Assembly (NCBI GenBank): GCA_029261655.1
Contig: JAJDAY010000030.1
Coordinates: 186,916-250,915 of the forward strand
Direction of reading: 5' to 3'
Length of the DNA stretch: 64,000 nt
Source of the DNA: Nitrospinaceae bacterium
Lineage (GTDB): Bacteria > Nitrospinota > Nitrospinia > Nitrospinales > VA-1
The notes under the pieces are model-generated. The model worked only from the letters and a program-made list of their open reading frames with translations. It had not been told where the DNA came from and made no database searches. The position numbers were made by a program, and so were the translations under genes. Position 1 is the first letter of the stretch. Every line of letters begins with the position of its first letter. Below, in pieces: positions 19,479-28,229 of this stretch.

Positions 19479-19664
19479 TTAATGACCGCCGCCTCCGCCG
19501 CCTCCACTGGTCCACAGGTAAAAGAAGTCCATGCCTTGAACCTTCATAAGACCAATGTTGATCATCAGGTAATAGCCGCTCATGGCGATCATGGCGATAA
19601 TGAACCAGATGATTGATTTTGGGGTGATAAATTTTCTTTGCTCTTCTTCGATTTGATTACTCAT
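19479..19664 (-). CDS. Small single-pass membrane protein (61 aa) with a C-terminal GGGGGGGH tail
   Basis: Track ORF with one hydrophobic helix (SIIWFIIAMIAMSGYYLMINIGL). A GGAGAG lies ~10 nt upstream of the ATG. It is on the same strand as, and 54 nt downstream of, the 34-aa ORF. Confidence 0.45.
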   Translation of the reverse strand: MSNQIEEEQRKFITPKSIIWFIIAMIAMSGYYLMINIGLMKVQGMDFFYLWTSGGGGGGGH

Positions 19665-19718
19665 TTTACTCTTTCTCTCCTGATGAGTTTGACTGGTTAA
19701 ATGCGAGTCGGTTTTTGA

Positions 19719-19823
19719 TTACCGCCAGACAGATGCGAACCAGTAGAAGAACCATAAACAAAAAACAACGGTGCCAATATAAATGACTGGACCGGCCTTC
19801 TCCTTGATTTTTTCAAGATCCAT
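19719..19823 (-). CDS. Very small membrane protein (34 aa), not in ORF track
   Basis: Hand translation gives MDLEKIKEKAGPVIYIGTVVFCLWFFYWFASVWR*. A strong SD (GGAGG) sits 7 nt upstream of the ATG at 19823..19821. It has a single TM helix, an architecture reminiscent of FixQ/CcoQ-type oxidase micro-subunits, but no homology is established. Confidence 0.45.
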   Translation of the reverse strand: MDLEKIKEKAGPVIYIGTVVFCLWFFYWFASVWR

Positions 19824-19933
19824 TAAATATCCTCCGTATTGTTGATTTTATATGCTAATTATTCTTGACAGTTTTTAATAGCGAATGATACCTTCAACCG
19901 GTCAAAAGTATAACTTCTCATATAGGAAATTTT

Positions 19934-20041
19934 ATGCCAAGCAAAGACGGTAAGATCTTCGACACCATCGTTTACATCGGCTTAGGGGTCAACGCACTGG
20001 TCGCTGTTTATTTATTACTGATGAAATTTGAAGTAATTTGA
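19934..20041 (+). CDS. Very small membrane protein (35 aa), not in ORF track
   Basis: Hand translation gives MPSKDGKIFDTIVYIGLGVNALVAVYLLLMKFEVI*. AGGAA lies 5 nt upstream of the ATG. The ORF is divergent from the 34-aa ORF. Confidence 0.3.
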   Translation: MPSKDGKIFDTIVYIGLGVNALVAVYLLLMKFEVI

Positions 20042-20182
20042 CCCACGGGGAACTTAGCACAAGCGTTTCAAAAGTGTCAAGAGTAAAACCCAAAATGATT
20101 CAAGAAATTTCTGTTTTTTTGTTTTTCCTCCGCTCCAGTCTGGTCTCTTAGTTTCAAAGGATTATGAGACTCTCATCCAGGT

Positions 20183-20893
20183 TCATTTCGCAGGATAAAT
20201 CACATAGAGCATCAAATAGGTCATTGTGCTGGTTATCAGGATCAGACCGTAAATAATCATGGTTCCCCGTCCCAGAATACGGTGCCGCCTGGCGCCGTCG
20301 GGCAGTAGTTTTTCTATCCCCTTTTCAATGCTGACCACCAGAGCGATGGTTCCGAATATCAATCCCCAGGCGATATTGGCTCCCATAGAAGCGTGCCGGA
20401 CCAGGGTCAGAAATAACTGGTTCACCCCCCACAAGCCGAGAATCGCGAACATCACAATTTTGAAGGTTTTTGCGCTGACTTTTAATTCTCCCGCTTTCAG
20501 GACATATTCCCCGTTCACTTTTTCGGAGGCTCGAAACCCCTCTATCAGCATGTAGAAAGCCATTATCAGGCCTAGAGTCACCAGGACAAGGTGAGTGGTC
20601 AGGGTGGGGAGAAAAACATTGTCATAGACCTCCTGAGGGCCGCCAAAACCTTCCTTACCCTCAAATGCCAAAACGCCCAGTTGCCGGGCGTAATAATAGG
20701 CGCAGAAATACACCACCATGGAAACCATTGAGACCAGGATCAGCTTGTGGTGTTTGGTGCCCTGGGCTTTTTTGGCGAACCCCCACGCGACCAGAAAGAG
20801 CAGGGTGAAGACCAGAGCCAGCAGGTAGCTGACATCGGCTCCTAGGGTTCCTGCGGTCGCCAGAAAACCCGGTTGTTCGAGTGTTTCTTTCAT
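20183..20893 (-). CDS. DUF420 (CtaM-like) family membrane protein with an internal insertion
   Basis: It shows family-typical segments: KKAQGTKHHKLILVSMVSMVVYF, GGPQEVYDNVFLPTLTTHLVL and, at the C-terminus, HRILGRGTMIIYGLILITSTMTYLMLYVIYP. The call is by recollection of B. subtilis-type DUF420 sequences. Confidence 0.65.
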   Translation of the reverse strand: MKETLEQPGFLATAGTLGADVSYLLALVFTLLFLVAWGFAKKAQGTKHHKLILVSMVSMVVYFCAYYYARQLGVLAFEGKEGFGGPQEVYDNVFLPTLTTHLVLVTLGLIMAFYMLIEGFRASEKVNGEYVLKAGELKVSAKTFKIVMFAILGLWGVNQLFLTLVRHASMGANIAWGLIFGTIALVVSIEKGIEKLLPDGARRHRILGRGTMIIYGLILITSTMTYLMLYVIYPAK

Positions 20894-20951
20894 GAAGACG
20901 GCATTTTAATCATCGAGGATGAATCTCCTGAATTAAGGGCGCCGGAAAAAA

Positions 20952-21131
20952 TCATTTTTCGGTTTTGCTTAAAAAAAAGGTTCCCAGGTAAAACTCGACA
21001 ATGCCCAAAATGGACATGTACAGAAGCGGTTCCATGCCCTTGTCGGTGAAAAAAAGATAAACCACGTAGGTGATCGTGCATAACCCCAGGAGTTGGAGGG
21101 CTTTCCCTAAAAAGAAAAAAGTCTGTGCCAT
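20952..21131 (-). CDS. Small two-helix membrane protein (59 aa), just below ORF-track cutoff
   Basis: Hand translation gives MAQTFFFLGKALQLLGLCTITYVVYLFFTDKGMEPLLYMSILGIVEFYLGTFFLSKTEK*. It starts 6 nt after the stop of the upstream 190-aa gene, so coupling is possible, and it has no SD. The competing track ORF 20890..21081 looks non-coding. Confidence 0.35.
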   Translation of the reverse strand: MAQTFFFLGKALQLLGLCTITYVVYLFFTDKGMEPLLYMSILGIVEFYLGTFFLSKTEK

Positions 21132-21137
21132 TGAAAA

Positions 21138-21710
21138 TTATTTAATAAGAGTGGACCGAACTTTATCATTGGCTTCAATCAGCCTGGCCAGGCTTTCCCG
21201 GCCTTTCGCGTGAACCTTTTCCTGGACCATATGCAAAACCATGTTCCCCTGAGGCGTGAATGCGCCGCGCGGCTTTGCGGGGGCTTCTGGATTCCCGCCC
21301 TCATATTTTTTCATGACTTCCTGGGTGTCGAACAAGTCATCGAGTGGAAACTTGTAAACCAGTTTCACATAATCTCTTTCTTTTTCTGTTTCCATTTTAG
21401 AGTCCCAGACAATATTCTCCATTTTGATTGAATCCGGCTGGTTCTCACCCTTGGAAAGAATTTTTTCGATTCCTTCAAAATAGGTTTTCATTTTAGTAGC
21501 GTCTTTGAGTTCGTCTTCAGGAATTTTAGAACTGATCTCGAACTCAACATGATTGTCTTTCAGGGCAGGGCGGCTGATTTCATAAGTGATGTTTTGGTGG
21601 TGGAAGCGACGGCCTTTTTTGGGCGCGTATTTTGACTGCATTTCCTCAATGAGGCCATTCAGCCCATCACTGGCAAACTGACTGAACAATAATCCTTTTA
21701 AACTAGACAT
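21138..21710 (-). CDS. Hypothetical cytoplasmic protein (190 aa)
   Basis: Clean ORF with plausible composition. No family is recognised. Confidence 0.6.
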   Translation of the reverse strand: MSSLKGLLFSQFASDGLNGLIEEMQSKYAPKKGRRFHHQNITYEISRPALKDNHVEFEISSKIPEDELKDATKMKTYFEGIEKILSKGENQPDSIKMENIVWDSKMETEKERDYVKLVYKFPLDDLFDTQEVMKKYEGGNPEAPAKPRGAFTPQGNMVLHMVQEKVHAKGRESLARLIEANDKVRSTLIK

Positions 21711-21926
21711 TTAATTCCCTCCGAAATTCTCAGCAAAAAACAAATAAAATAATGGGGTCGCAAAAATTGATATTCAGGGCTTTAGGTCACCTATTGATAA
21801 ATGATTTCCCATTGAATAGTAAACGAGCAACATTAAATTTCAAAATGAAATTTATATGATGGAATGAGTATATCGAATATTGATTTGTTGTGAAGGTTAG
21901 AAAACCCTTGAGAGCAAAGGTTGATT

Positions 21927-22715
21927 TTACAAGCCCTGGGGAGCGGGAGCGGGAACAGGGGACGAGGATGCCAGACCAAGTGCCGTCTTCTCAAAGCTGT
22001 TGGACCCGTTGCCCTGGTAAACATACTGCATTTTTATGCAACCGGTTTCCTTGTTTTCACAGTAAAAGCTCTTGAACTGGACTTTGGCGAATTTGCTGTC
22101 TGCGGTGCGCATTGCGTAAACATTTTTTTTAGGCGAGAGTTTGTGGGTCAAATAGTTGTATTTGTACCACTTCAAAAGCACGGGGTTTTCCGTTTCGGTC
22201 TTTGTGCTTGTGTCCTCGATATAGTTTTCAGTCGGAACCTGGTTTACAGTGTCAAACTGGTCTTCTTTCATTTGGATCAAACCGGCCTTGCCGAACTTAT
22301 TGGTGGCGCCTCCGTTGGAAATCACTTTCCCCCGTCTAAACGCCAGATCCCATTCCAGAGAAGACGGATCATGTATTTCGACAACAGCCCCTCGGGAAAA
22401 GTCGAAATAAGCCCAGTCTTTTTCCGAAGACGCGTTGATAGTCACCGTTTTAGTGATCAATAGATTCTCCATGCTTGGCATGGGTACGGCGGCGGGGTTG
22501 AGGGCAGGGGCTTCTCCTTCCTGGGGAAGATTAACGCTTGGAGAATTCAAAAAGTTTTCCATTTGAACAAACTTGAGAGGCACCCAGAAAAAACCGACCA
22601 GCAATACGCTGAGGCACAGGTTCAGCAGGAATATATTGCGCCATAATTTCTTTTTCTTTTCAAAAACCGCAATTTCGGCTTCCGGTTCCTTGCCTGAATA
22701 TAGGTTGTCGCTCAT
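21927..22715 (-). CDS. HmuY-like family protein with N-terminal membrane anchor
   Basis: DWAYFDFSRGAVV....EWDLAFRRGKVISNGGATN is the WDLAF-R...tNgG pattern I associate with the HmuY family. N-terminal TM NIFLLNLCLSVLLVGFFWV. Confidence 0.55.
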   Translation of the reverse strand: MSDNLYSGKEPEAEIAVFEKKKKLWRNIFLLNLCLSVLLVGFFWVPLKFVQMENFLNSPSVNLPQEGEAPALNPAAVPMPSMENLLITKTVTINASSEKDWAYFDFSRGAVVEIHDPSSLEWDLAFRRGKVISNGGATNKFGKAGLIQMKEDQFDTVNQVPTENYIEDTSTKTETENPVLLKWYKYNYLTHKLSPKKNVYAMRTADSKFAKVQFKSFYCENKETGCIKMQYVYQGNGSNSFEKTALGLASSSPVPAPAPQGL

Positions 22716-22754
22716 AGAGTTTACAAAAAAATAAATTAGAGTGATTAACGATTT

Positions 22755-23669
22755 TTATTTTGTGCGCTTTTGTGTGCTATGAAAAGCTTTTAAAACTTGT
22801 TTCATGGCAGACCGTGATAATTCTTCCTTGCTGAGCCAGTGGGTCTTCCCCTGGAGGAATCCCGTGAAGCTTGGAGTTTGGGTTCCGACATATCGTGCGC
22901 CCCAGATCACGTCCCCTGTTTTCTTGTTGATTAAAAAAGCCCCGAATTCGACTCCGCTGGAAATACTTTTCTTGATTTCTCCGCGCCGGTCGACGTATGA
23001 ATCCATGTATTTGGTGACCGCGCCGATCAAAACCGCATCGACTTTTTCATTGGAATGCGGCAAAGAGGCAACGGACCGATCGTTCATCCCTCCCTGCCCC
23101 GAACCGTTCTCGCCGCTTTTGGAGGCCGGCGTTTTAACGATTTCTATACGGGCGTCTTCGCTGGTTTTTCGCGGAGGGATGACCAGATAGCGCCCGACCG
23201 ATTGTAATTCCTGGGAAATCTGGTTGGCGACAACATAACCTGCGTTCTGATCCTTGAAAGGTTCCGTTGTTTTGTTTTCAAAACCAGCCACGCCGATCCT
23301 GCGGACATTATTAAAATCCTTGATGTTGAATATCTTGCTTTGAACCTTGTCCACCGGTAGGGTTCTGATTAACTCGAGATAATGTTTCGGCAATTGTTCC
23401 TGGCCAGGAAACTTATTAATATAATCGGGGAAAGGATGTCCTTCGTTGACGAAGGGCGTCAAATTTGGATGCAGGGTATAATTGACCGGTGGACTCACGT
23501 CATTCATCGGTCGATGGTCCAGCCCCTGAACATCGGCGCCTGAATCATCCGAGCTTTTAAAAACCTGGTCTTTCGGAATGGCCAGGGCCGGAGTGGAAAA
23601 AACCAGCACAAGGATCGCAGGAACCACTGCTGAAAAAACGGTCCAATATTTGTCGCTCTTGAAAGTCAA
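22755..23669 (-). CDS. Exported hypothetical protein (possible LpoB/CsgG/DUF799-like periplasmic module)
   Basis: Signal peptide ...FSTPALA, and RIGVAGFENKTTEPFKDQNAGYVVANQISQEL, which resembles the VAVLPFEN.T motif of small periplasmic lipoprotein families. The assignment is weak. Confidence 0.5.
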   Translation of the reverse strand: MTFKSDKYWTVFSAVVPAILVLVFSTPALAIPKDQVFKSSDDSGADVQGLDHRPMNDVSPPVNYTLHPNLTPFVNEGHPFPDYINKFPGQEQLPKHYLELIRTLPVDKVQSKIFNIKDFNNVRRIGVAGFENKTTEPFKDQNAGYVVANQISQELQSVGRYLVIPPRKTSEDARIEIVKTPASKSGENGSGQGGMNDRSVASLPHSNEKVDAVLIGAVTKYMDSYVDRRGEIKKSISSGVEFGAFLINKKTGDVIWGARYVGTQTPSFTGFLQGKTHWLSKEELSRSAMKQVLKAFHSTQKRTK

Positions 23670-23787
23670 GTTTTGAGTTCTCCTGCGGAGCAGTTAAAAT
23701 AGTATTCCCTCATTCAATTAAATATAGCATACGAACAAGGGAATTCAACAGCGTTTCCCTAAACCTGAAAATACTTTGGATATTTAT

Positions 23788-25788
23788 ATGAACACGGCTA
23801 CTTATCGGGCTTTGGATTGGGTTTCGGCGGAATATCAACCCGCAGTTCTGGGGCTTTGTACCCTCACAGCCCTGGGTTTTTTTTTCGCCGCCCTCTGGCC
23901 AAAACTGAAGGTACTGCTCAAGGCGAAACCCGAGAACCGGTTTGACCGTCCGCTTGACCGGGTCTGGAACACCCTGCGCATCGCATTTGGGCAAACCAAA
24001 CTGCTCAAAAACAAAAAATCGGGGTGGATGCACGCCCTGATTTTCTGGGGTTTTCTGATCCTGATTCTAAGAGCGGGGCATTTTTTCGTGATCGGATTTT
24101 TCCAGGAAATGCCGGTTCCTCTTCCCGGTTTTGAGGCGATTCATTATCTCTACGGTCTGGTTAAAGATATCGTCATTCTGCTGGTGACGCTGGCCGCCTC
24201 TTATGCCTTGTATCGCAGGCTCGTGATTCGTCCACCGCGCCTGAACCTGTCGGGAGAAGGCATCCTGATTCTCGTGCTGATCCTGGCCATCATGGCGAGC
24301 GATGTTATTTTTGAAGGCGCTTATTTTTCATTGAACCCGGAGGCCGGGACTTTCATGGAACCTTTGGGCCTTGGGGTTTCGTTTCTGCTGGCTCCATTGG
24401 GTTCGGATATCGCGGTTTTTTTGCACAATCTGGCGTATTGGACGCATGTGCTCGCCATCCTTTTCTTTATGACGCTTTTGCCCGGAAGCAAGCATTTTCA
24501 TATACTGACCTCCATTCCCAATGTGTATTTTTCCAATGTGACGGGAACAGGCAATCAACTCGCCCGCATTGATTTTGAGGACGAGGACAGCGAATCTTTC
24601 GGCGTGACGCGCATGGAAGATTTTTCCTGGAAGCAGTTGCTGGATCTGCACACCTGCACCGAATGCGGACGTTGCGACAATTTCTGCCCGGCGCTGAAAA
24701 GCGGCAAACCCTTATCGCCAAAAGAACTCACCATCGACCTGAGAAATCACTTGAACTCGGCGCATGGTCACGCAGGGTCGGAGACTTCGGATAATCCTGC
24801 CTTGCTGGGGGAGGTGATTCAGGATGAAACGCTCTGGTCCTGCACGACCTGCGGGGCCTGCGAGGAGGAATGCCCGGTCATGATCGAATACGTGAATAAA
24901 GTGATCGACCTCAGGCGCGGACTGGTATTGACCGAGGACCGTTATCCTGAGGAGCTGACCAAGGCTTTTAAATCGCTGGAAACCAACAGCAACCCCTGGA
25001 GCTTTGGCCGCGATTCCAGGGCCGACTGGGCGCGTGACCTTGATGTCAGGTTGTGGGACAAGGACCGCCCCACGGAATATCTTTATTTTGTGGGCTGTAA
25101 CGGCTCTTTCGACAATCGGGGTAAGAAAATATCAACCGCCGTGGTTAAATCCCTGCAAATAGCTGGCGTGGATTTTTCGATTCTGGGGATGGAAGAAGGG
25201 TGTACCGGCGACCCCGCAAGAAGAGCCGGGAATGAGTATCTGTTCGACATGCTGGCGACTCAAAATGTGGAAACCTTTAAAGAAAACGGCATCAGCAAGA
25301 TCATCACCCATTGTCCACATTGTTTCAATTCGCTCAAAAATGAATATCCAGAGTTCGGAGCACGGTATGAAGTCATCCACCATTCAGAACTGTTGGCGCA
25401 ACTGATAAAAGATGGCAAAATCGCATCTGGAGAAAAATCCGGCGAGAAAGTCGTGGTCCATGATTCCTGCTACATGGGGCGGCACAATCAGGTGTATGAA
25501 GCCCCCAGAGAGACCTTGGCCGTGAAAGTTCCGGCTGACGGCATCTTTGAGGTGGAAACCAGCCGGGAACGCGGAAGCTGTTGCGGGGCCGGCGGCGCGC
25601 GATTTCTTCTGGAAGAAAAAGTCGGGAGCAAGATGAGCCACAACCGGGTGGACGAACTGATGACGACGAACCCCGACACCATCGCCGTGTCCTGTCCCTT
25701 TTGCGTGCTCATGCTGGAAGACGCCCTCAAGGCCAAAGGACTGCAGGACAAAGTGAAAGTGAAGGACATCAGCGAGTTTTTGCAATAA
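23788..25788 (+). CDS. Membrane-anchored Fe-S oxidoreductase: N-terminal polytopic (NarI/DsrM-like) domain fused to an HdrD/DsrK/GlpC-like 2x[4Fe-4S] + CCG-domain module
   Basis: Ferredoxin motifs CTECGRCDNFCP and CTTCGACEEECP, with two Cys-rich CCG-type regions (YFVGCNG..., VVHDSCYMG...SCCGAGG). ATG at 23788; the track start 23776 is a TTG. Confidence 0.85.
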   Translation: MNTATYRALDWVSAEYQPAVLGLCTLTALGFFFAALWPKLKVLLKAKPENRFDRPLDRVWNTLRIAFGQTKLLKNKKSGWMHALIFWGFLILILRAGHFFVIGFFQEMPVPLPGFEAIHYLYGLVKDIVILLVTLAASYALYRRLVIRPPRLNLSGEGILILVLILAIMASDVIFEGAYFSLNPEAGTFMEPLGLGVSFLLAPLGSDIAVFLHNLAYWTHVLAILFFMTLLPGSKHFHILTSIPNVYFSNVTGTGNQLARIDFEDEDSESFGVTRMEDFSWKQLLDLHTCTECGRCDNFCPALKSGKPLSPKELTIDLRNHLNSAHGHAGSETSDNPALLGEVIQDETLWSCTTCGACEEECPVMIEYVNKVIDLRRGLVLTEDRYPEELTKAFKSLETNSNPWSFGRDSRADWARDLDVRLWDKDRPTEYLYFVGCNGSFDNRGKKISTAVVKSLQIAGVDFSILGMEEGCTGDPARRAGNEYLFDMLATQNVETFKENGISKIITHCPHCFNSLKNEYPEFGARYEVIHHSELLAQLIKDGKIASGEKSGEKVVVHDSCYMGRHNQVYEAPRETLAVKVPADGIFEVETSRERGSCCGAGGARFLLEEKVGSKMSHNRVDELMTTNPDTIAVSCPFCVLMLEDALKAKGLQDKVKVKDISEFLQ

Positions 25789-25965
25789 TCCGCCGCTTTG
25801 ATAGAATGACCCGCCCCGCAACGCGGTGACTCCTCCGCGGAGGGCGCACCCCACTACGTTAGGAGGAAAAGTGGGGCACGATGGAAGGATATGGCTAGCC
25901 ATAAATCCATCGACCGTAAAAATCTCCTCCAGCGGTACGCTGGCCAATAGAAAGGAAGCATCCCC

Positions 25966-27660
25966 TTGAGCGAAAACGATTCACCGCACAATTTTATTCA
26001 GCACTTTGTTGACGAAGATAAAAAAGCCGGAAAATTTGAGGGCAGGGTGCATACCCGGTTTCCGCCGGAGCCCAACGGATTCCTGCATATCGGTCACGCC
26101 AAATCCATTTGCCTGAACTTCGGCCTGGCCAGGCAGTTTGGCGGGCTTTGCAATCTGCGCTTCGACGACACCAACCCGATCAAGGAAGAAGATAAATATG
26201 TGCGGTCGATTCAGGAAGACGTGAAGTGGCTGGGTTTCGACTGGCAGGACCGGTTGTTTTACGCGTCCGATTATTTTGAACAGCTTTACCAATACGCGCT
26301 GAAATTGATCGAAGACGGGCAGGCCTATGTGGACGATCTGAACGCCGATGAAATACGTGAGCATCGCGGGACGCTGACCGAACCGGGCAAAGACAGCCCG
26401 TATCGCACTCGAAGCGTCGAAGAAAACCGGGATTTATTTCAACGCATGCGGGCGGGAGAGTTTGATACCGGAGCAAAAGTACTGCGGGCGAAGATCGACA
26501 TGGCCGCAGGCAACCTGAATTTCCGCGACCCGGTGTTGTACCGCATCCTGAAGGCCCCGCATCACCGAACGGCAGACAAATGGTGTATTTACCCGATGTA
26601 CGACTGGGCGCACGGTCAGTCCGATTCCATCGAAGGGGTGACGCATTCGCTCTGCACACTGGAGTTTGAAGATCACCGTCCGCTGTACGACTGGTTTCTC
26701 GAAAAATTGCAGATCCCGCATCCGAGGCAGATCGAGTTTGCCCGCCTCAACCTGAGTTACACGGTACTCAGCAAACGAAAACTCCTGCAACTGGTGAACG
26801 ACGGCCATGTCAGCGGTTGGGATGACCCAAGAATGCCGACCCTTTCCGGGTTAAGGCGACGCGGCTACACAGCGGAATCGATCCGCGAATTTTGCGATCG
26901 CATTGGAGTCGCCAAGGTCACCAGCACAGTTGATCTCGCACTGCTCGAACATTGCATCCGCGAAGACCTGAACAAACGCTCGCATCGCGTCATGGCGGTG
27001 TTGCGGCCCTTGAAAGTGGTGATCGATAATTACCCGGAAGGTCAGGTGGAAGAGCTGGAAGCTGAGAACAACCCCGAAGACCCGGAAGCCGGGTCGAGGA
27101 AGATACCTTTCTCAAGAGAAATTTTTATCGAGCAGGAAGATTTTATGGAAGACCCGCCGAAGAAATTTTTTAGACTTGGGCCGGGTCGTGAAGTGCGTCT
27201 CAAAAACGCCTACATCATCAAATGCGAGCGGGTGGTCAAAGACGACAAAACAGGCGAAGTGACCGAACTGCATTGCACCTACGACCCCGACAGCAAGAGC
27301 GGTGGCGCGACCGCCGGGCGTAAAATCAAGGGGACTCTGCATTGGGTTTCGGCAAAGCACGCGGTCAACGCCGAGGTCAGACTTTTTAACACCCTGTTCA
27401 ACACACCCGACCCCGGCAATGAAAAACAACATCCCGATTTTACCCAATGCCTCAATCCCGAATCCATCGAGGTATTGAACGATTGCAAACTTGAGCCCAG
27501 TCTGGCGAATGCCGTTCCGGGCGACTACTACCAGTTCATGCGCATGGCTTATTTCAACGTCGATGCGGTGGACTCCAGACCCAATGCCCCCGTGTTCAAC
27601 CGCACCGTCACCCTGCGCGACGCCTGGGCCAAGATCGTAAAAAAGGGTGGAGGGAAGTGA
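25966..27660 (+). CDS. glnS: Glutamine--tRNA ligase
   Basis: HIGH (FLHIGHAKS), the KMSKS equivalent VLSKRKL, and a GlnRS-type C-terminal beta-barrel region. TTG start preceded by AAAGGAAG. Confidence 0.95.
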   Translation: MSENDSPHNFIQHFVDEDKKAGKFEGRVHTRFPPEPNGFLHIGHAKSICLNFGLARQFGGLCNLRFDDTNPIKEEDKYVRSIQEDVKWLGFDWQDRLFYASDYFEQLYQYALKLIEDGQAYVDDLNADEIREHRGTLTEPGKDSPYRTRSVEENRDLFQRMRAGEFDTGAKVLRAKIDMAAGNLNFRDPVLYRILKAPHHRTADKWCIYPMYDWAHGQSDSIEGVTHSLCTLEFEDHRPLYDWFLEKLQIPHPRQIEFARLNLSYTVLSKRKLLQLVNDGHVSGWDDPRMPTLSGLRRRGYTAESIREFCDRIGVAKVTSTVDLALLEHCIREDLNKRSHRVMAVLRPLKVVIDNYPEGQVEELEAENNPEDPEAGSRKIPFSREIFIEQEDFMEDPPKKFFRLGPGREVRLKNAYIIKCERVVKDDKTGEVTELHCTYDPDSKSGGATAGRKIKGTLHWVSAKHAVNAEVRLFNTLFNTPDPGNEKQHPDFTQCLNPESIEVLNDCKLEPSLANAVPGDYYQFMRMAYFNVDAVDSRPNAPVFNRTVTLRDAWAKIVKKGGGK

Positions 27661-27687
27661 TTTGGAAGCACAGGTAAAAACTTTTTA

Positions 27688-27716
27688 CTGCAAAGACGTG
27701 AAGGGCGTAGAGAAAA
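27688..27716. repeat. Left arm of a 29-bp imperfect inverted repeat bracketing the DUF2513-like gene
   Basis: ctgcaaagacgtgaagggcgtagagaaaa matches the reverse complement of 28181..28209 (ccgcaaagacgcagagggcgcaaagaaaa) at 23/29 positions by my count. Confidence 0.75.
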
Positions 27717-27785
27717 AATAAAATCAGGAAAGATATGGTCTTTCCACCAGATAATGTAACCAAAGCTTAAAATTGGAATTTTCTA

Positions 27786-28160
27786 ATGTGTCGAGATATG
27801 GAACTTATACGCTCATTACTCATTCACTTTGAAGAGTATGAGTCATTTGCGTTCGAAAAAGAGACTTTGATAGAGGGGTATAGCAAAAAATTAATTGATT
27901 ACCACCTTCTGCTTTTGGCTCAAGCGGGCTTTATAATTTATGAGGCGGATCGAAGTAGCACTAACCCTGATAGATTAATAAGAGTTTACCCATTTGGCCT
28001 TTCTTGGGCGGGACACGAATTCCTCGATCTTTCTAAAAACGAAACACTATGGAAAAAAGCTAAGGACAAGCTTCAAAATACTACTGGAGCATTGAGCCTC
28101 CATTTGCTTAAGCAATTACTCACCAGTTATGCGAAGCATGAATTAGGATTAGAAAAATGA
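27786..28160 (+). CDS. DUF2513-like hypothetical protein (124 aa; the ATG at 27798 is an alternative start)
   Basis: M(E/D)LIR.LL..FEE... N-terminus and overall size resemble DUF2513 proteins, which are often phage- or island-borne. The gene is visibly more A+T-rich than its neighbours. Confidence 0.55.
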   Translation: MCRDMELIRSLLIHFEEYESFAFEKETLIEGYSKKLIDYHLLLLAQAGFIIYEADRSSTNPDRLIRVYPFGLSWAGHEFLDLSKNETLWKKAKDKLQNTTGALSLHLLKQLLTSYAKHELGLEK

Positions 28161-28180
28161 TCAAGTGGAAAAATCTTTAT

Positions 28181-28209
28181 TTTTCTTTGCGCCCTCTGCG
28201 TCTTTGCGG
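28181..28209. repeat. Right arm of the 29-bp imperfect inverted repeat
   Basis: ttttctttgcgccctctgcgtctttgcgg. See the left arm at 27688..27716. Confidence 0.75.
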
Positions 28210-28229
28210 TTAACAACGGGTTTTGCTTT

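Noticed and set aside
19392-19616. 74-aa plus-strand ORF opposite the 61-aa membrane ORF
   Set aside because: The minus-strand frame encodes a clean TM helix with an upstream SD, while the plus frame has no such features.
25384-25947. 187-aa ORF antisense to the 3' end of the Fe-S oxidoreductase gene and the glnS leader
   Set aside because: It has the G/A/R/P-rich composition typical of antisense frames in G+C-rich coding DNA, with no motif or SD.
27688-28209. Possibility that the inverted repeats are an integron attC site or a MITE
   Set aside because: The arms flank the ORF rather than lying together downstream of it, and I cannot find the RYYYAAC/GTTRRRY core sites. The element carries an ORF, which does not fit a classical MITE. 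It is kept as a generic IR-flanked cassette in the findings.
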